From Chara braunii (taxonomy: Eukaryota > Plantae > Charophyceae): 64,000 nt of DNA. How positions within the stretch are numbered: the first letter of the stretch is position 1; each line of letters opens with the position of its first letter. The notes under the pieces were generated by a model. The model was not told the origin of the DNA and made no database searches. It saw only the letters and a program-made list of their open reading frames with translations. The DNA is taken from contig BFEA01000008.1 of assembly GCA_003427395.1 (NCBI GenBank), positions 902,602 through 966,601 of the forward strand, in the 5' to 3' direction. Shown here piece by piece: positions 61,305 to 64,000 of this stretch. A program made the translations under genes and the position numbers.

Positions 61305-61361
61305 ATGAAAACAATGGTGGAGCTCTACATACGCCTGGCTGAGTTGGAAACTAGGAGGGAG
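61305..61361 (+). CDS. ATM: ATM exon K, phase 0-0
   Basis: ttttgaacag| ... gag|gtaagc; MKTMVELYIRLAELETRRE resembles MKQxVxIYIKLAELETRRE. Confidence 0.95.
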
Positions 61362-61619
61362 GTAAGCATGAATCCATCTCGTTCCTAGCACATTGGGCAG
61401 GTGAGGAAGCCCAAAATCGGTGACCATCACCTTGCTCTCACATCCACGGGTAAGCTGTCTGTTGCATGTATCCCAGGGCTGTCAGCTCAGAAAATAGGTC
61501 CACAAGGTGCCTTCGCTTCCCGTTGTCAGCCTTCTGTAATGGCTGCTGGTTCAGGAGGCTCCATATGGGGGGAAGGGGCTTGACCCAGATGGTGACAGAG
61601 TGAAAAGGTCCTAGCAGAT

Positions 61620-62350
61620 CAGAACCAGGCCAGTCCCAAAAACCTAGGTGTCCGATCCGCATAGCTCCTCAGTGAGGTTCCCATTTCTCTGTGATAGTTG
61701 TTAATGGCTCGGGAATTCGTCTCTGGAGCTGAATGATGTATTCGTATGCACATTAGTGAAAGGACTTCATACTGACTCCGAGGTCCCAGTCTAGAACCTT
61801 TGGTTCTAATCCCAAAGTCCCATTCTGTGTTCCATTTGTGGTTACAGCCACTTGTAAAGTGTTCACAAATGCTCCAGAGATTAGTTTTCGTTTGTAACAC
61901 TATTGCTGAGGTCTAGGTGGGCTTGTTAAGTAGATCGTGGTAGGAAGTCCCTGGTAGATAACAGACTATTAGCAGTTATGGGTTGAAGAGTCTGTCGTTA
62001 GAAGGCACCACGCTGCACATGTATGACAGTCCTGGTCCCAGGTCCCAGATCCCAGTTCCGAGCCCCGGGTCCTAATCCCAAAGTCTCAATTCCGTGTACC
62101 ATTAGTTGTTCCAGTCACTTTTACAATGTTCTCGAATACTCTGGAGTAGTTTTTGTTTGTACCATGATTGCAGAGGTCTAGGCGGGCTTGTTAAGTAGAT
62201 CGTGGTAGGAAGTCCCGGGTGGATAACAGTTATGGGTTGAAGAGTCTGTCTTCTCACACCGTAAAAGTGGGTGGTCTCAAAAGATTTCCCAACCTTCTGA
62301 TTTTGCATGGTTAACTCCAGTCCACTCCCCCTAATTTGTGTATCCTTCAT
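61620..62350 (-). mobile_element. Decayed, locally duplicated LINE post-RT fragments
   Basis: gaggtctagg(t/c)gggcttgttaagtagatcgtggtaggaagtccc occurs near 61908 and 62173; translation resembles the late ORF2 region of LINEs A, B and D. Confidence 0.5.
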
Positions 62351-62513
62351 GGATATGATGTGCCATGTACTGGAAATGTATGTACTCTAGAGTTGTTAAC
62401 TGTGTGACATAATTACTGTCAACGTAGCTGGTTCTGGTTTTGATTCCTAACACCGATTTGACTCATCTTTTTGCATATTCATGGTGCTACCATTGTGCTT
62501 GGTCTGCGTGCAG

Positions 62514-62573
62514 GACATGAACAAGAGGATCACTCTTGGCCGTGACTTCCGCAAATTATCTCAATTAGAGCTG
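62514..62573 (+). CDS. ATM: ATM exon L, phase 0-0 (last exon in window; kinase domain lies downstream)
   Basis: cgtgcag| ... ctg|gtacgt; DMNKRITLGRDFRKLSQLEL resembles DTNRKVALPREIRSVKQLEL. Confidence 0.92.
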
Positions 62574-62910
62574 GTACGTGGATATTAATTGCCTGCTTGG
62601 TTCCATCTGTAGGTGCACGAACAACTGCCTATTTCTTGGTTTCCATTCATCTCATGAGGTTCTTCCCGAAGGTTCATCTTAACTTGCAAATGAAGAATTC
62701 TCGAAAGGTTGAAGGAAGCGTAGTCAATAAAGGAGTAGGCTTAGGGTGTTGGTAGACACTCCTCGGGGTGTCCTCGGGCTCTGAGGAGGATTCCTCAGAA
62801 AAGTTTAGGGTTTTTGTCGTATTCGTTAGACTCATCCTCAGAGCGTTGGCTTTAGGACTCATCCTGGGAGCGATACGAAGAATTAAAAAAAAGAAAAACA
62901 CTTGTGCTTC

Positions 62911-63143
62911 AGGCTTTCAGCCAATAGGGTGCCGCCATTATCCGGATTCTCTGCTGTAACGTCTCTCTACATGCATGCGCTGTCCTCTCCCTGAAACACG
63001 AATCCTCGGGCTCCAAGTGACCTCGCAGGCTTTCAGCCAATAGGGTGCCGCCACCATCTGGATTTTCGGCTGTAACGTCTCTCTATGCGCACGCCCTGTC
63101 CTCTCCCTGAAACACAGATCCTCGGGCTCCAAGTGACCTCGCA
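62911..63143. repeat. Tandem duplication, 116-bp unit
   Basis: aggctttcagccaatagggtgccgcca...cctcgggctccaagtgacctcgc starts at 62911 and at 63027. Confidence 0.88.
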
Positions 63144-63789
63144 AGGTGGAGCCGAGGACGATTTCGCTGGGAAATCCTCGGAGCCCAAGGATTTGTCCTC
63201 GTTTTCACATTTTCATGTCCGATCTCGAGGACAGGTGGAACGGAGACGGAATCCTTGGAATCGCCCTGACTCCCAATTTTGGAGCCAGAAAAGGTTATTC
63301 AAAGAATCAGGGGTGGAGCAGCAGCACATCCTTTGAAAGGAAGCAATCAATGCTGTGTCGTAGGCGTCCGAGGGGACCACCATTCAAAAGGTCAAAGAGC
63401 AAAGACGGTGGAAGAAGAAATCACAGCATGGGGATATCCAACAGAGAAACTGCCGGCAAATGAATTGTATGAAAGACATGCAGAAGTTTGTCTTTCTGAA
63501 TCTACAATACTATAAGAACCGCTAACGTCATATCGCACGGCCCAGGTTGCAGGCCCGTCACCACCTGCGTACGGCCAAGATCGCAGGCTGATGATAAACT
63601 TTTCTCATCGGCCTTCAATCTGGCCTGTCCACAGGTGGTGACCGGCCCGCAATCTGGGCCGTGCGATACTGGTTTGGCCCGCTCAAACTGCCCTTCTGAA
63701 CATGCACCCGCGCCCAGCCCTGAAATCGCCCTTCGAAGGGCTGTATATGTGCCCGCCATTCGAAGGGTCGGGCTTCTCAATCGTATTGG

Positions 63790-63934
63790 GCGCTACGGCA
63801 CGCAACGGCACGAGACGGCACGCGACGGCACACGACGGCGCGCTACGGCACACGACGGCACACGACGGCACACGACGGCACTCCCTCCTACCCTACCGCT
63901 CTCTCTCTCTACGGCACGCTACGGCACTCCCTCC

Positions 63935-64000
<66 letters not shown>
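63790..64000. repeat. 10-bp minisatellite (cacgacggca)n followed by (CT)n
   Basis: Read directly from the sequence. Confidence 0.9.

Noticed and set aside
63508-63790. Possible CACTA/EnSpm left end (tactataagaac with ggccc subterminal motifs)
   Set aside because: The first base is not C and the other end and TSD would lie outside the window, so it cannot be supported.

Overview
Eukaryotic nuclear DNA from a transposon-rich streptophyte; a charophyte alga such as Chara is the best fit, but that is inference from the land-plant-like protein, giant TE-filled introns and a TTTAGGG repeat. The whole window lies inside one + strand gene, ATM (PIKK-family DNA-damage kinase). I can assemble 12 exons (1,236 nt, 412 codons, about 2% of the window) into one uninterrupted frame covering the C-terminal FAT region up to just before the kinase domain; neither gene end is in the window. 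One intron is GC-AG and 10 of the 11 complete introns are phase 0. The introns (up to 25.1 kb) hold: a decayed Ty3/gypsy chromovirus (sense); four L1/Tx1-type LINEs or derivatives (all antisense); an approx. 8 kb hAT element with a decayed transposase; at least seven non-autonomous hAT-type elements with 8-bp target-site duplications (TSDs); a TTAA-flanked MITE family; a pogo-like hairpin MITE; Penelope-like GIY-YIG remnants; and small captured organellar and rDNA pieces (mitochondrial-type tRNA-Met, a nad4/rps11/nad1 mosaic, a 25S/28S fragment). The most unusual observations are (1) a covarying stem-internal loop-stem RNA motif shared by the 3' regions of otherwise divergent retroposons, (2) a local inversion whose breakpoints lie inside two adjacent hAT elements and which flipped 118 bp of LINE ORF2, and (3) the spliced-together mitochondrial mosaic. 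Most short ORFs in the supplied track are microsatellite or antisense artefacts. All homology calls are from recalled motifs, not database searches.
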